DNA of 64,000 bases from Octopus vulgaris (GCA_951406725.2 OX597833.1:42780001-42844000); one strand, 5' to 3'; positions 1 to 13,970 are shown, numbered from the stretch's first letter. The notes: generated from the letters alone by a model not told the origin. Translations and numbers: made by a program.

Positions 1-62
1 CATATGTGTATATATATATAAACTTGGAAATGGATGCGTGGCGCTTAATCCAATATAATAAT

Positions 63-65
<3 letters not shown>

Positions 66-122
<57 letters not shown>

Positions 123-255
123 GCATATATATATATACATACATGCATACATACATATATACACACACACATATATATATATGTATACACACATATAGAC
201 AATAGACACACATACATACACAAACACTCACATACGTACATACACGTGTACACAT
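66..255. repeat. (TA)n plus degenerate CA/TA microsatellite
   Basis: Direct simple repeat; source of spurious IYIY/HTHT ORFs. Confidence 0.95.
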
Positions 256-1179
256 ATGTCGTATACTGGCTCTAAGAAAGAGAGAACTTAATATAATTGT
301 AAAGTGATAATGTATTTGAAAAATACAATGCCTCATATTGTCCGGCAAATGATGTATATCCAGACAACTGAAGCATTGAACCATTTAATTATCATAACAC
401 ACATGCATACACGCGCACACCCCTCTGTACCTTCTACCTTTTACTTGTTTCAGACATTGTATTGTGGCAGTGCCGGGGCACAGCCTTGAAGGGTTTAGTC
501 GAATAAATCGACTCCAGAACGTATTTTTTCAAGTTTGGGACTTATCCTATCGCTCTCCTTTGCCGAATCGCTAAGTTATATGGAAGGAAATGTCCGGCTC
601 TTCTGAAGTAAGGCTGGCCTTTAAGTGTTAAGTTTTATTGCTTCTGTATTAACATTTAACCGTCCTGTAAAGGAACACTTCTTTTGCCAACCTTTTGTGC
701 TTAAGTTAGACTCTTCTGTGTCAACGTTCACAACTTCAGTGTTAAGCTTTGAACATTAACAAAGATTTGCTGATACATTTTTAATCCTCTTGTGTTAAGA
801 TCCAACTATCCTGTGTTAAAGTCAAACCTTCCTATGTACATTTTTGCTTTGTTTTCATTGCATCAAGTTACAAGTGTTGTGGAGCGGTTACTTACAAAAT
901 CTCCTTTATATTCTGTCATAAATTTGTAATAAAACGCGGCTTTTTGAAATATGACAACCTTTCACTACTAATTTTTTTTTACTTATAGGCAAAGGGCCAG
1001 CAATTCTAAGACTGAGGGTTATTCTATCACATCGACTCCAGTTCTTGACTGGCACTTTAGTTTATCGACAACGAAAGATTGAAAGGTAAAGTTGACTTCG
1101 GGAGCTTTTGAGCATAAGGAGCTAGAAATAAACACTGCTAAAGCAGATTAGAGTCCATTACGATGACAATTTAAAAAAT

Positions 1180-2510
<1,331 letters not shown>

Positions 2511-2660
2511 AGAATAGAAATTAACCTCGGCAAGTTTTCCTGCAGATTTCCAAAGATATACGTAATTCTTTTGATGTAAGAAACGAAACTATGAATTAGA
2601 AACAAATAAATATATAATAAACAAAAATAATCGACAGAAATATTCTGTGATACTTTACCC

Positions 2661-2700
2661 TAAAACCAAATTGGTTTCGACATGTTACCCTCGTCAGTTT
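2661..2700 (-). ncRNA. Candidate minimal hammerhead ribozyme motif (weak helices I and II)
   Basis: Minus strand: aaa-CUGACGA-ggguaacauguc-GAAA-ccaauuugg-UU-uua; helix III ACCAA/UUGGU. Confidence 0.35.
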
Positions 2701-3030
2701 CGTTACCTTGGTAACAGTTGCCAGAATTCTCAGATTCTCTGATATCTGCATGACGTCACTAGGATAGGCATAGTGGTGTTATGAAATGCCTTAAAATATC
2801 TTCAGACTGCATATGATAATTTTGATATGCCTCAGTGATACATAGGCATAGGCACACATAGATACATACAGACACACACACACACACACACATACACACA
2901 CTCATTCCTTTACTTATTTTATTTTAAGCGTATTTCAACCACACCTCAGCAGAGAAGACGTACCGAAAAATAGAGAATAGGTATGCCGCATATGCATTGG
3001 CACGCACTCACATATTCGTATATAGATAAG

Positions 3031-3135
3031 GTATGTATGTATGTATGTATGTATGTATGTATGTATGTATGTATGTATGTATGTATGTATGTATGTATGT
3101 ATGTATGTATGTATGTATGTATGTATGTATGTATG
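3031..3135. repeat. (TATG)n microsatellite
   Basis: Direct repeat. Confidence 0.97.
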
Positions 3136-3154
3136 TGTCTAGTAACAAATGGAA

Positions 3155-3430
3155 AATGGATCTTTCGTCAGTTTCGACGACGACGAATATCCCAGGTGTC
3201 CGATCAATGAGTCAGATACTCATTGTAGTTGCGTGTAAGTAGTTGAGTATTCCATAGTCACATTTACCCTTACCGCAATCCTCAGATACAATAATACGTC
3301 ACTTCCGACTCATTCGATGAAACCAATTTCACTGACACGACTATGGTAAAATGATGAGGATATGACACAAAGGAATCGAACCGGAGATCACACAGTTGCG
3401 ATGCGACCTTCTTAACCAATCGGCTATCTT
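3155..3430 (-). mobile_element. Decayed tRNA-derived SINE
   Basis: Reverse-complement tRNA-like head at about 3370-3430 (B-box-like GGTTCGATTCC; A-box-like TAGCCGATTGG). Confidence 0.45.
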
Positions 3431-3524
3431 TGCATGCGTGCACGTTAGTTTATGTGTAATGCTAAATTTCAACTCTACATTTCTTTTTCAACCTTCCGCT
3501 CCTATCAAACACGCACACACGCAA

Positions 3525-3525
<1 letters not shown>

Positions 3526-3615
<90 letters not shown>

Positions 3616-3747
3616 CTCTCTCTCACTCACTCACTTACACACACACACACACACTCTCTCTCTCCCTGTCTCTCTCTCTCACTCACTCACTCACTCACTC
3701 ACACACACACACATACACACTCTCTCTCTCTCACTGTGTCTCTCTCT

Positions 3748-3779
<32 letters not shown>

Positions 3780-3800
3780 AATACACACACACAAATACAC
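3526..3800. repeat. Compound (CA)n(CT)n(CTCA)n microsatellite
   Basis: Direct repeat. Confidence 0.95.
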
Positions 3801-4278
3801 ACGCACACATCCCTTTCTTCTTGGCGGTATCAGCATCTGTGTACCCGGGTCTGTTTTCTATGTATGTAAATGTGTGTGTGTGTATGTATGAGTGTGTGTG
3901 TGTTTGTGTGTGTGCGCGTGTGCCTATGCAACAGTGTCGTGTTTGGTGCAGGTGATGTAGAACATTCCACAAGTACCAAAATAATTCCATGGTTAGTCAT
4001 TTGATATGTAAACTAGTGCATACTACATCTCACTACTAACCTCCAACGACTTATACATACTCTTACAGACAAACAGATGTACACTCAAACAAATAGACAC
4101 GCTCACACACACAAACTCATACATATATATATATATAACTACATAGGCATTGAGAAACACATGTATACGTGCATGCACACACACACACATACATTTATTA
4201 TGTATATATACGTCTATACAAATATACACAAATAAGATATATAGACAAATATATATATATACCTACATATGTTTGTGT

Positions 4279-4412
<134 letters not shown>

Positions 4413-4677
4413 GTTTATATATATATTTACACGTCTATATGTATACGTGCACATATACATACACACACATATATATACACACATGCACAAACGCTCACGT
4501 ACATATGCGTGTATATCATGTTTCTTCGTAAGTACTTCAAATGTTTAAAGATTAAAGCAGACAAATGCAGACTTACAGATACGCATCATATGCATGTTTA
4601 AGCACATACCCCCGAGCCCCACACACGGACACACACACACACACACACGCCTACACATTCTCATGTAGGTACTCAAT

Positions 4678-4905
4678 CGAGCTGGCAGAAACGTTAGCAC
4701 GCCGGATGAAATGCTTAGCGGTATTTCGTCTGTCGTTACGTTGTGAGTTCAAATTCCGCCGAGGTTGACTTTGCCTTTCATCCTTTCGGGGTCGATAAAT
4801 TAAGTACCAGTTCCGCACTGGGGTCGATGTAATCGACTTAATACCTATGTCTGTCCTTGTTTGTCCCCTCTGTGTTTAGCCCCTTGTGGGTAATAAAGAA
4901 ATAGG
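4678..4905 (+). mobile_element. SINE family A (tRNA-like head + Nin-domain-like core), monomer
   Basis: Near-identical to the copies at 8931, 28131 and 33474; B-box-like GAGTTCAAATTCC; core GGTCGACTTTGCCTTTCATCCTTTCGGGGTCGATAAATTAAGTACCAG. Confidence 0.9.
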
Positions 4906-5200
4906 TACCGAATCATAAATTTTCATATACTGAGGCTTACACAATACACACACACAAACACACACACATGCATTCACGTACTGATGTAACTATACACGTA
5001 TATATCTACACAAGCACGGACTCTTAGATAAATGCACGCATATTAGGCAAGAGAGAGCGTGTGTGAGAAAGGAGGACAGAAAAAAAGAAGAGTGAGAAAG
5101 CATTCACCAAGAAGACTCATGCACAAACACAAGAGGTCCTTTCTTCAAAATATAGTCCATTGTTTTGCTATGTTTCAGACACCCTTGTGAATACGCTTAT

Positions 5201-5252
5201 CCACCGCCGCCACCATCACCACCACCACCACCACCACCACCACCACCACCAC

Positions 5253-5289
<37 letters not shown>

Positions 5290-5440
5290 ACCACCACCAC
5301 CACTACCACCGCCGCCGCCGCCGCCACCACCACGACCACCAGCATCACCACCACCACCACCCACCACCGCCACCGCCGCCGCAACCACCAGCATCACCAC
5401 CTCCACCACAACCACCACCACCAGCATCACCACCACCAGC

Positions 5441-5472
<32 letters not shown>

Positions 5473-5521
5473 CAACCACCAACAACCGCCACCACCACCA
5501 ATACTGCCCGTCGCCGCCACC
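5201..5521. repeat. Compound (CCA)n/(CCG)n/(CAA)n trinucleotide repeat
   Basis: Direct repeat; gives poly-P/H/G pseudo-ORFs in several frames. Confidence 0.95.
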
Positions 5522-6094
5522 TAAATTCTGTCGTATATTTTTAAAAATAAAACTCTGAAGAATGTTTCACATTTACTGACTTGTTAAAGATGTCCAGATG
5601 TACGACCAGAAAACTCGAGAATTCCTCTATTAGGCGCGTCTCGTTCATTCCACTTCACACACTTACACGCTTTTCTCCATTCTAACGTACAGACGATAAA
5701 GTATGAGCACAAAATTGGTTGAAAGAGTGGTTAAACCTAAAAACAACAGCATGACTACTCCCCGCCAGAAAGGAAACGGAAACAAAAATTAAATAAATAA
5801 ATAAACTCAAAGGCAAATGTTGTTTAGCTTCAAATGAGCCCTGTTGCAACCGACCGATGTTGTAAGGCATTCTATCCGTAACCATCACTTGGTTTACTTC
5901 AGAAGCGAAACACTGGTATGTGTTTAAGAAGCCGTTGAATGGATCGATGTTGCTCGTCCTTGGGACCTGTGAATTCTAGGCACAGCTCTTTCCTTCAAGT
6001 CAAATCACTAGAAAAGATCAAGCAAACAGGAACAAATTCAGGTTCACAAAACATACTATGTTCTCCTTCTCTCTCTCTTTATCTTCTTGTCAGT

Positions 6095-6146
6095 AGGTGA
6101 ACAAGTAAGTGAACAAGTAAGTGAACAAGTAGGTGAACAAGTAAGT
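6095..6146. repeat. 12-bp tandem repeat (GTGAACAAGTAR) x4
   Basis: aggtgaacaagt aagtgaacaagt aagtgaacaagt aggtgaacaagt aagt. Confidence 0.9.
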
Positions 6147-6679
6147 CTGTCCCATTCGCTTTTCTGTTTTTATATCTCTCGTCTTTTAATGTCTTCACTG
6201 TCCTCTACCAAACTTGTTGTCGGTCGAGTATGACTATTTACTTGCTAAGCTATCATATCTAGGTTTCTGAATCACTCCCTGTATATGATTTGCATTTTCT
6301 TCTTTGTCGATCGCCGTACGATTTGATCTGTAAATGATAAGAAGCGAAACCAAGTGATGCAAAATATTTACTTTGCCCAACCTTTTGTGCCAAACCATCA
6401 CCTTATTTGCTGACTAAAATACAAACAAGCCAATAAAAGATCGTATCCTGTAAACTGCTTCTTGCAGGTCGCTCGATTTACTAGAACTAGTCACCAAAGC
6501 TTCCGCAAATCACATGCTAGTTACATCTTAGATATCAAAACAGCTCAAAATTTCTGATGGAATTCTTCTGATCAAATGTTTGATCAATCAGCAGAAATAA
6601 CCAGGAGCTAAACAATGACAATAGCAATAGTTAAAAATGTGAATGGAAAAATAATGCGAGAATCGGCAAATTAAAGAAT

Positions 6680-6890
6680 AGACCCAACGTTTCCTCTGCA
6701 TGTGGTAAAAGGCGACTGCAAGACGTTGAGGTAGGATTTGCTCTCTGACCTCGTAAAACCCTCACCAGCAATGACTACCCAAACAGATCTACGGGCTGGA
6801 GGGTTGTTGCCTGAATGGCGGAAAGGAGTCATCCTTCTGGAGTAGGGAGTCACCAACAAACGGCGAATGCAGCGACACACTGTTACATTG
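6680..6890 (+). mobile_element. Probable RTE-type LINE 5'-UTR remnant
   Basis: GC-richer island. tgtggtaaaaggcgact and catccttctggagtagg resemble gtcgtcggcgactaa and catccttctaggagaag in the 28602 element. Confidence 0.4.
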
Positions 6891-8930
6891 CATGTCCCCT
6901 TACTACTATTGCAACTACTGTGTTATTTCACTTGCGTCCTCAAAGCATACACTTAACCATTACATTATTTCAAAACTCACTAATTATAAAATACGTTTCT
7001 GGTATTGCCTGAATATTTGCATTCAACCATTATTAAGAATAAAACAGACCATTTATATTCTACAGTTTCAGATATTAAACTAATGTTCTGTTTAAGTTGC
7101 ACTCTCAAATGTTATGCTGCACTGTGACTTATAGACCCGTTTGTTGTGAAGCAACGTATTTGCTGTCGTAAATATCATGCATCATCGAAACTTGCAGTTA
7201 CAAATGCTGTGATTCACTATCTCAGTTGCTTTGCAGCACTGAGACTTGTAACTCTAATTCTAGTCAGGCAGCAACAACATAACTTTCAATCATATAATAT
7301 TATAGATATTTAACACTAAACGAGTTAATCTACTGTGTTACAGCACTGCTGTTAACTTTCAATCTCTTTTTTCTCTGATAAATTAAAATTTTCAATTATC
7401 ACTGACGTCATACTGCATCATAACACACATCTTATGAATTTTACACTACCATTGCATTTTAATATGCCTGCTATATTGCATTCTTCGATGATTAACATTT
7501 AACCTATCAAACTGTTACCTTAATGTTCTATTGATGTTACTCGTTAAAGGGTCAACATTCAACATAATTGTTAAGTAATAGGTCACACTGCACACTTCCT
7601 GACAGTCAATCGATGTGATATTCTCCTGTAGTCTAAAGTGTAAAATTACAGTCTTATATGATATATAAAGTATCCAAGTTCTCCAATTTCATCTGAAGTC
7701 TAACTGCTCCCTGAACGCTAAATTGCAGTCTACAGCAATTGCAGTCTAGTTACATCATAAACATAGCTACAATGTGACACAATAGAGCAGTGCAAAGCGA
7801 AATTGATAAAACGTCGACTTCTTGTGGTATTTAGTTCAAATTCTGCTGGAGTTAACTTTACCTTTTATTATTCCCGGGGTATAATATATATACTGGGATC
7901 GATTCAATTGATTGTTTTCTCCCCAAAATATGTTGCCATTTTCCAAGTTAAATAATCACATTATTAACATTATTATAATTAATCAACATTATTGTAACTA
8001 ATCAAATAATAATAAATACGTATACTATATTACAATATACTGCATTGTACCTTAATTAGTAGATTAAATAGTCACTGTTGTACATTATATTGCCGTCTAT
8101 TGTATTACACTTACACAAACCTGCAGTATATGGTATTCAATTACACTTTAGCACGTTGCACATTGCATCCTCATTATCTTAGATGCAACATATTGTATAT
8201 TAGTTGAAAGTTTCCTTGTTTTTAATTAATTGCATTGTAATTGCATGGCAACTTTCAGTATATTGCTTCTTAATCGCATATTAATTAACTAACTTTAAAT
8301 AAAATTATAATTTCATGTTAACTTGTAATTAGACACAAACTGCATGTTAAACATAATTTTAACTTTTAATGCATTTAAAAAATTGCCAAGTTTCTGTGTA
8401 TTGCATATAATTCTGCAGGCTAAAACCAGTTACAAATGCATGCTAATTGCAAGCTAAGTCAACTGCTAGTGCAATACTCTCCACATATTGAAACCGAATT
8501 TTGTGTCAGAATAAAATATCAGATACAGAATAGATCTCCGTTCTGCATACCCTTAGACTCACGGTCTCTGATGATAAAAATTAGGCAGAAATTACAATAT
8601 AAAATTTAGACAATTACTTCAGGTCGAGAACCTACTCCAGTTGTGAACAACTCTTGACCTAATATTAAACAAGTTCAACCCAAACTTGAGTATTTCTTAC
8701 ATCTTATACGAAGCAGCTGCCAGATGTCTACAACATAAATGAAAAGCGCTTGTTAGAATCAAGTGGAATCATCCTTGTCGTAACCGACGGAGTGCCAGTT
8801 TATATGTATTTTTCCTGTATGTATATTTGTATGTATATGTTTCGAATGTATATATCGAGTTAGTGACATTCCCTTGTCTCTCGCGCTGCCGGAAACCGAC
8901 TGAAGTAGTAACCGGTTACGTTGAAAAAAT

Positions 8931-9162
8931 GGCGGCGAGCTGGCAGAAACGTTAGCACGCCGGGCGAAATGCTTAGCGGTATTTCGTCTGCGTTACGTTG
9001 TGAGTTCAAATTCCGCCGAGGTCGACTTTGCCTTTCATTCTTTCGGGGTCGATAAATTAAGTACCAGTTACGCACTGGGGTCGATGTAATCGACTTAATA
9101 CCTATGTCTGTCCTTGTTTGTCCCCTCTGTGTTTGGCCCCTTGTGGGTAATAAAGAAATAGG
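8931..9162 (+). mobile_element. SINE family A, full monomer with 18-bp TSD
   Basis: TSD ggttac(g/a)ttgaaaaaatg at 8914-8931 and 9161-9178. Confidence 0.93.
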
Positions 9163-9552
9163 TTACATTGAAAAAATGTAACCAGCGACGCTAATGCTTC
9201 TAAGCTGCAATATCAAATTATTAATAAATCTTCGGAAAGTGCATCTCAGAATCTAGACCTTTCAAAGTACAGAAACTACTTTGACCACGAATAGTTGAAG
9301 ACCTCCAATGATACATTGTAAGCAAGCACGCCATTTACATATTTGGGACAAAGCCACTGTTATATGTTATGACATAGACAAAAACTTTATCGCAAACATG
9401 TGTTCTCTTCAGTTCCAGAACATCTTCGCTCCCGAAGAGCTGCCGAAACTTCTCTCTATCTCCTTCCTTTCTCTTTCAATAGAATGTTATAGAAAATATC
9501 TCGGACAATCGTTTCTACCACAAACACAAATACATCTTAGATTACATAAAAT

Positions 9553-9850
9553 TGCTAATCCGAATGTGTTCTAAAAATGCTAATCCGAACGTGTTCTAAA
9601 AATGCTAATCCGAATGTGTTCGAAAAATGCTAATCCGAATGTGTTCTAAAAATGCTAATCCGAATGTGTTCTAAAAATGCTAATCCGAATGTGTTCGAAA
9701 AATGCTAATCCGAACGTGTTCGAAAAATGCTAATCCGAACGTGTTCGAAAAATGCTAATCCGAATGTGTTCTAAAAATGCTAATCCGAATGTGTTCGAAA
9801 AATGCTAATCCGAATGTGTTCTAAAAATGCTAATCCGAATGTGTTCTAAA
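9553..9850. repeat. 25-bp minisatellite, about 12 copies (TGCTAATCCGAAYGTGTTCKAAAAA)
   Basis: Units start at 9553, 9578 and so on; only two variable positions; no spacers. Confidence 0.97.
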
Positions 9851-10449
9851 ACTTCATTCACCAACACACCACAAATGCACAGACATGTTTTAGCTAACTG
9901 CTTTCTATTCTACCATTACTGCAAAAGTAATCCTCTCAGCTAGCAAGATGTCTACCTCCTGCGATTCGCTTTCTGTCTAGTTCTCGTTATTTCTAATAAT
10001 TCCCTGATAAACACTCCCCTCATTCACTAGTTCGATAGCTTCGTGAAACCAGTGTGTATTCAGGTTTTCGAGGTATTTTGGTGATTGTCAATACTAGAAC
10101 CTCTCCCTGAACAGGACATTAATCTAAAGCAGGAATAACGCTGCTGTTATTCATTTTCACATGAATTGACAGGAGCAAGGTGGGATGACAAGCTTTGCTG
10201 AAGGATACAACGCAACGCCGGTCTAAGAATCGAAGCTACAGCCTAACGATCATGATCTCAGTACTCTAGCTCCTAGGATACACGTCTTCCTCTACCTAGA
10301 ACTCATCTGGAACTTCCCGTCAACTTTTGCAAGAAACAACCAGCAGAATTCCAAGCTGAATATCAGCCTCGCCATAACAGACTAAAATATAAAATAGCAT
10401 TAGCCTATGAAGTTATATTACAACTTAACTTTAGTATAATCTATAACAA

Positions 10450-10523
10450 TATTTTTTTTTATTTCTTTTATATTGCTCTTATATGTTTCAGCCCAAAGGC
10501 TGTGGCCATGCTGGAGCACCGCC
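10450..10523 (-). mobile_element. Isolated CR1-like LINE/SINE-B 3' tail
   Basis: Reverse complement reads GGCGGTGCTCCAGCATGGCCACAGCC...GCTGAAAC followed by an A-rich tail. Confidence 0.7.
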
Positions 10524-11415
10524 AATATGTGCGAATTTCTATGTAAACGTTCATTATAAAACATGCTACATATCTTACTCCATCCCAACTCAACTTCTTG
10601 CGTATCAAAATGCTCGTAACCTATTCCACGCATAGGCTAGAAGCTATAGCCAACACAGCGTGTAGGCTATAGCATTTTATAATATCGTATTTGAATTGAA
10701 TTCAGATGTGTGAATACAATGTTGCACCATGTTTATCCTGTTGTAGCATAAACTGCATTTTGAAGTGTTTAGCTGCACATTCAACTTATTTACACAGCTC
10801 ACACAATCAATTATACGGTACATTTAAGCTATTATACCGCACAAGTGATCTCTTACACTGCGCGCTTAAGCATTTATAAAGAACAAGTGAGCTATTATAC
10901 TGCTCACTCAGTCTATCATAAGGAACATATAATCTCTTATACTGTGCACTTAATCAATAAATAATGGATACATTATCTTTTATACTACACAAGTTATTTT
11001 GCTGAACACATAATCTTTTATACTTGGCATTTAAAGTTTTACTGCGTGCATAACATAGCAAACTACGCACACAACCTGGGTGAGTAGCTGAATATAGCAA
11101 ACCGTATGGAAACCGAATGTTGCTTCTAGAAGCTTAATGTGTCATGTTGCATCTTAACCTGCATTCTAACATGTCAAATTACGCCATAATTATAACCCCA
11201 ATATCACCAGTTTGCAACTGTTGTTTGCAATCTCGACTGCATCAAGAATGCAATTTTTAATATGGTGCTGCGATGTATCAGCTAACTTACAATATATATC
11301 ACCAGATGGCGCCAGTTTAAGCAAGGAAAACAATTGCGCCTTATGCTTCAACAGATTGTGAAAGTGGATTGCGTGTATTTGTATGAATAAACCAATGTTG
11401 CTTGAGTGTTTGCAC

Positions 11416-11468
<53 letters not shown>

Positions 11469-11822
11469 TGTGTACGTGCGCGCATACATTGTGCATGCGT
11501 GTGTATGTGGCCGACGTTTATTAGACACGTTTTTAACTGCAATTTTCTTTAACGTACTTCCTGAGTTAAACATAGACTGAGGATAGGAGATTGACTTCAG
11601 GTGTGTTTCCAGGTGTTCATAGACCACTACTAGTCAGCAACTGGCAGAACGTCAAAACCTACATTCTATAAAGTGTCAGCGGCAAGTATGAGTGATGAAG
11701 GTTTTGGCAAATATACACAAAATATCCAGAGGACTCTCAAGTCGTAGACTGTGGGCAGGTTTTATAAGTTACAAGATCCGAACTGAATAGGAACCTATGC
11801 CGGTACAAGATACTCTTTAGAG

Positions 11823-12022
11823 CAGTGGTTTTCAACCAGGGTTCCGCCAGTACAGTCCAGGGGTTCCGCAAGAAGTTACAAAACTGCTAAAATGGCAGTA
11901 ATTTTTAATTTTCCTGTGCAGATATGTGTGCATAAGACTATTAAATTATTGCACAGGGGTTCCCCGAGCCAGTGGAATGTTTCCTTGGGGTTCCGCTCCA
12001 GCAAAAAGTTTGAAAAGCACTG
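11823..12022. mobile_element. hAT (Charlie-like) MITE, 200 bp
   Basis: TIRs CAGTGGTTTTCAA / TTGAAAAGCACTG; perfect 8-bp TSD CTTTAGAG at 11815-11822 and 12023-12030; subterminal GGGGTTCC motifs. Confidence 0.93.
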
Positions 12023-12519
12023 CTTTAGAGACACAAGAGTGCCAAAATTTGGTGTTCACTACGTACTATTTCAGTATCCGACGCTCGTTGACTTTTGAAA
12101 TTGTCAAATATTTGTTGCCGTCTGAGTGGCAGCTGTCGTACGAGTTACACTGTAAATATCACTGCGCCTCAAATGCTTGGCAAATAAAAGTTGGACGATT
12201 TCTCCCAGCTGGTTGCTTTGAGAAACAGGTACGATGAAGGAAACATTTGGTTCTTGTTTTATGCTCTACTCATATCCTCATTAGCTTTTCAAGTACTACT
12301 TGAAGGAAGAGCTACTAGTGTAGAGACAACCTATAGTCTTTAAAAGGAATCAACTTGACTATCTCACAAAATGTGTAGCCTTATTTATGTTACAAGCGTT
12401 AATAATTATTCTGAGTCCGATAAGTTTCAATATAATTAGCTAGACAGTCCCCCAAATTAATTTACCATCACGTCTATGTGAGAAATCATCAAAACAACAA
12501 CAATTATAATAGTTTCCAA

Positions 12520-12975
12520 TTTAGGCGCAAGGCCACCAATTTTGTGGTGTGGAATCAGTTGTTACCATCGACGTAAGTACGTGACCGGTACTTTATTTTA
12601 CTGGTAATGAAACGGTGAAAGACAAAGCGATCCCGGTAGGATTCGAACTCAGAAGGTAATGAGCCGGAACACTTTTTCCGACGCTCTAATGAGTCTGCCA
12701 ACATGTTACTTTTACTAATAGTTGTTACTGATACAAAATACTGATAGTTGTTACAAAATTTCTAACAGTGTTAGAAATTTTGAGTGGTGGGGTTACGCTG
12801 ATACCATCAGCTCCAGTACTTGGCACTTGACTAGTACTTTTATTTTATCGAACTTAAAAAACGATGAAACTTACAGTTGACGTTAGCGAGATTTGAACTT
12901 AGGACGTAAAGAGCCGGAACAAATACTACATAGCAATTTCTTCCGACTCTCTAATAATCCTGCCAGTTCACTGCC
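12520..12975 (-). mobile_element. Two decayed family-A-related SINE copies
   Basis: Diverged reverse-complement matches to the family A core and B box (gaactcagaa, ccgacgctctaa). Confidence 0.6.
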
Positions 12976-12983
12976 CTGAATAG

Positions 12984-13045
12984 CATCATCATCATCATCA
13001 TCATCATCACGATCATGATCATCATCATCATCGTCATCGTCATCG

Positions 13046-13102
<57 letters not shown>

Positions 13103-13155
13103 ACAACAACTCAAACAACAACTACAACAACTCAAACAACAACAACAACAGCAGC
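12984..13155. repeat. (CAT)n then (CAA)n repeat
   Basis: Direct repeat. Confidence 0.95.
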
Positions 13156-13397
13156 ATTTTGTCCGATGCTGTGGATTGTTAGAAACGTTAACGCAAAGGA
13201 CAAAATCCTTTGCAGTATCCGTTCCAGCTCTTTGCATTTCAAATTCAAACCAGCCAAGTTCTTCGCCATTCGTATTTCGAGGAGTCCATTTAATAAGCAC
13301 CTGTGCTTTATTAGACGTCGATGTAATCGTCTACACTCCACTCAGCAGTACTCTTTCCCCAAATGTTTGTGGCCTGATGCCAATATGAGATGTCATT

Positions 13398-13420
13398 ATA
13401 TTATTATTATAATTATTATA

Positions 13421-13483
<63 letters not shown>
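13398..13483. repeat. (ATT)n repeat, likely a SINE tail
   Basis: Direct repeat following decayed SINE sequence at about 13170-13395. Confidence 0.9.
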
Positions 13484-13485
<2 letters not shown>

Positions 13486-13592
13486 TGGGTCAATAAATTA
13501 AGTACCAGTGAAACACTGGGGTCGTTGTAATCGTCTGGTCCCGTCCCCTAAAAATTCCAGGCATTGTGCCTATAGTAGAAAGGATTATTATT

Positions 13593-13970
13593 AAGCTGGC
13601 AGAATCGTTAGCACGCCGGGCGAAATGCTTCGCGGTATTTCGTCTGCCATTAAGTTCTGAGTTCAAATTTGCCTTTCATCCTTTCGGGGTCGATAAATTA
13701 AGTACCAGTTACGCACTGGGATCGATATAATCAACTTAATCCGTTTGTCTGTCCTTGTTTGTCCCCTTTGTGCATAGCCCCTTGTAGGCAATAAAGAAAT
13801 AGGTATTTAGGCCCCTTCTTTACGTCCTAAGTTCAAATGCCGCTGAGGTTGACTTGGCCTTTCATCGTTTCAGGACCGATAGAATAAGTGCCAGTTGAGT
13901 ACTGGGGTTGATGTAATCAAATGTACCCTACCCTAAAATTTCAGGTCATGTGAATTTAGTAGAAAGGATT
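13593..13970 (+). mobile_element. SINE family A dimer (head-core-tail1-core-tail2), preceded by a core-tail2 fragment at 13486-13590
   Basis: Two core copies; the second ends ccctaaaatttcaggtcatgtg...agtagaaaggatt. Confidence 0.85.

Noticed and set aside
5160-5558. Formin- or extensin-like proline-rich exon
   Set aside because: It is a pure CCA/CCG/CAA repeat with no flanking coding context; a similar tract recurs at 59785-59830.
8565-8605. CTGATGA...GAAA...TA motif
   Set aside because: Helices I and II do not pair; likely chance in AT-rich DNA.
9553-9850. CRISPR-like array
   Set aside because: Units are contiguous with no unique spacers, there are no cas genes, and the context is eukaryotic.
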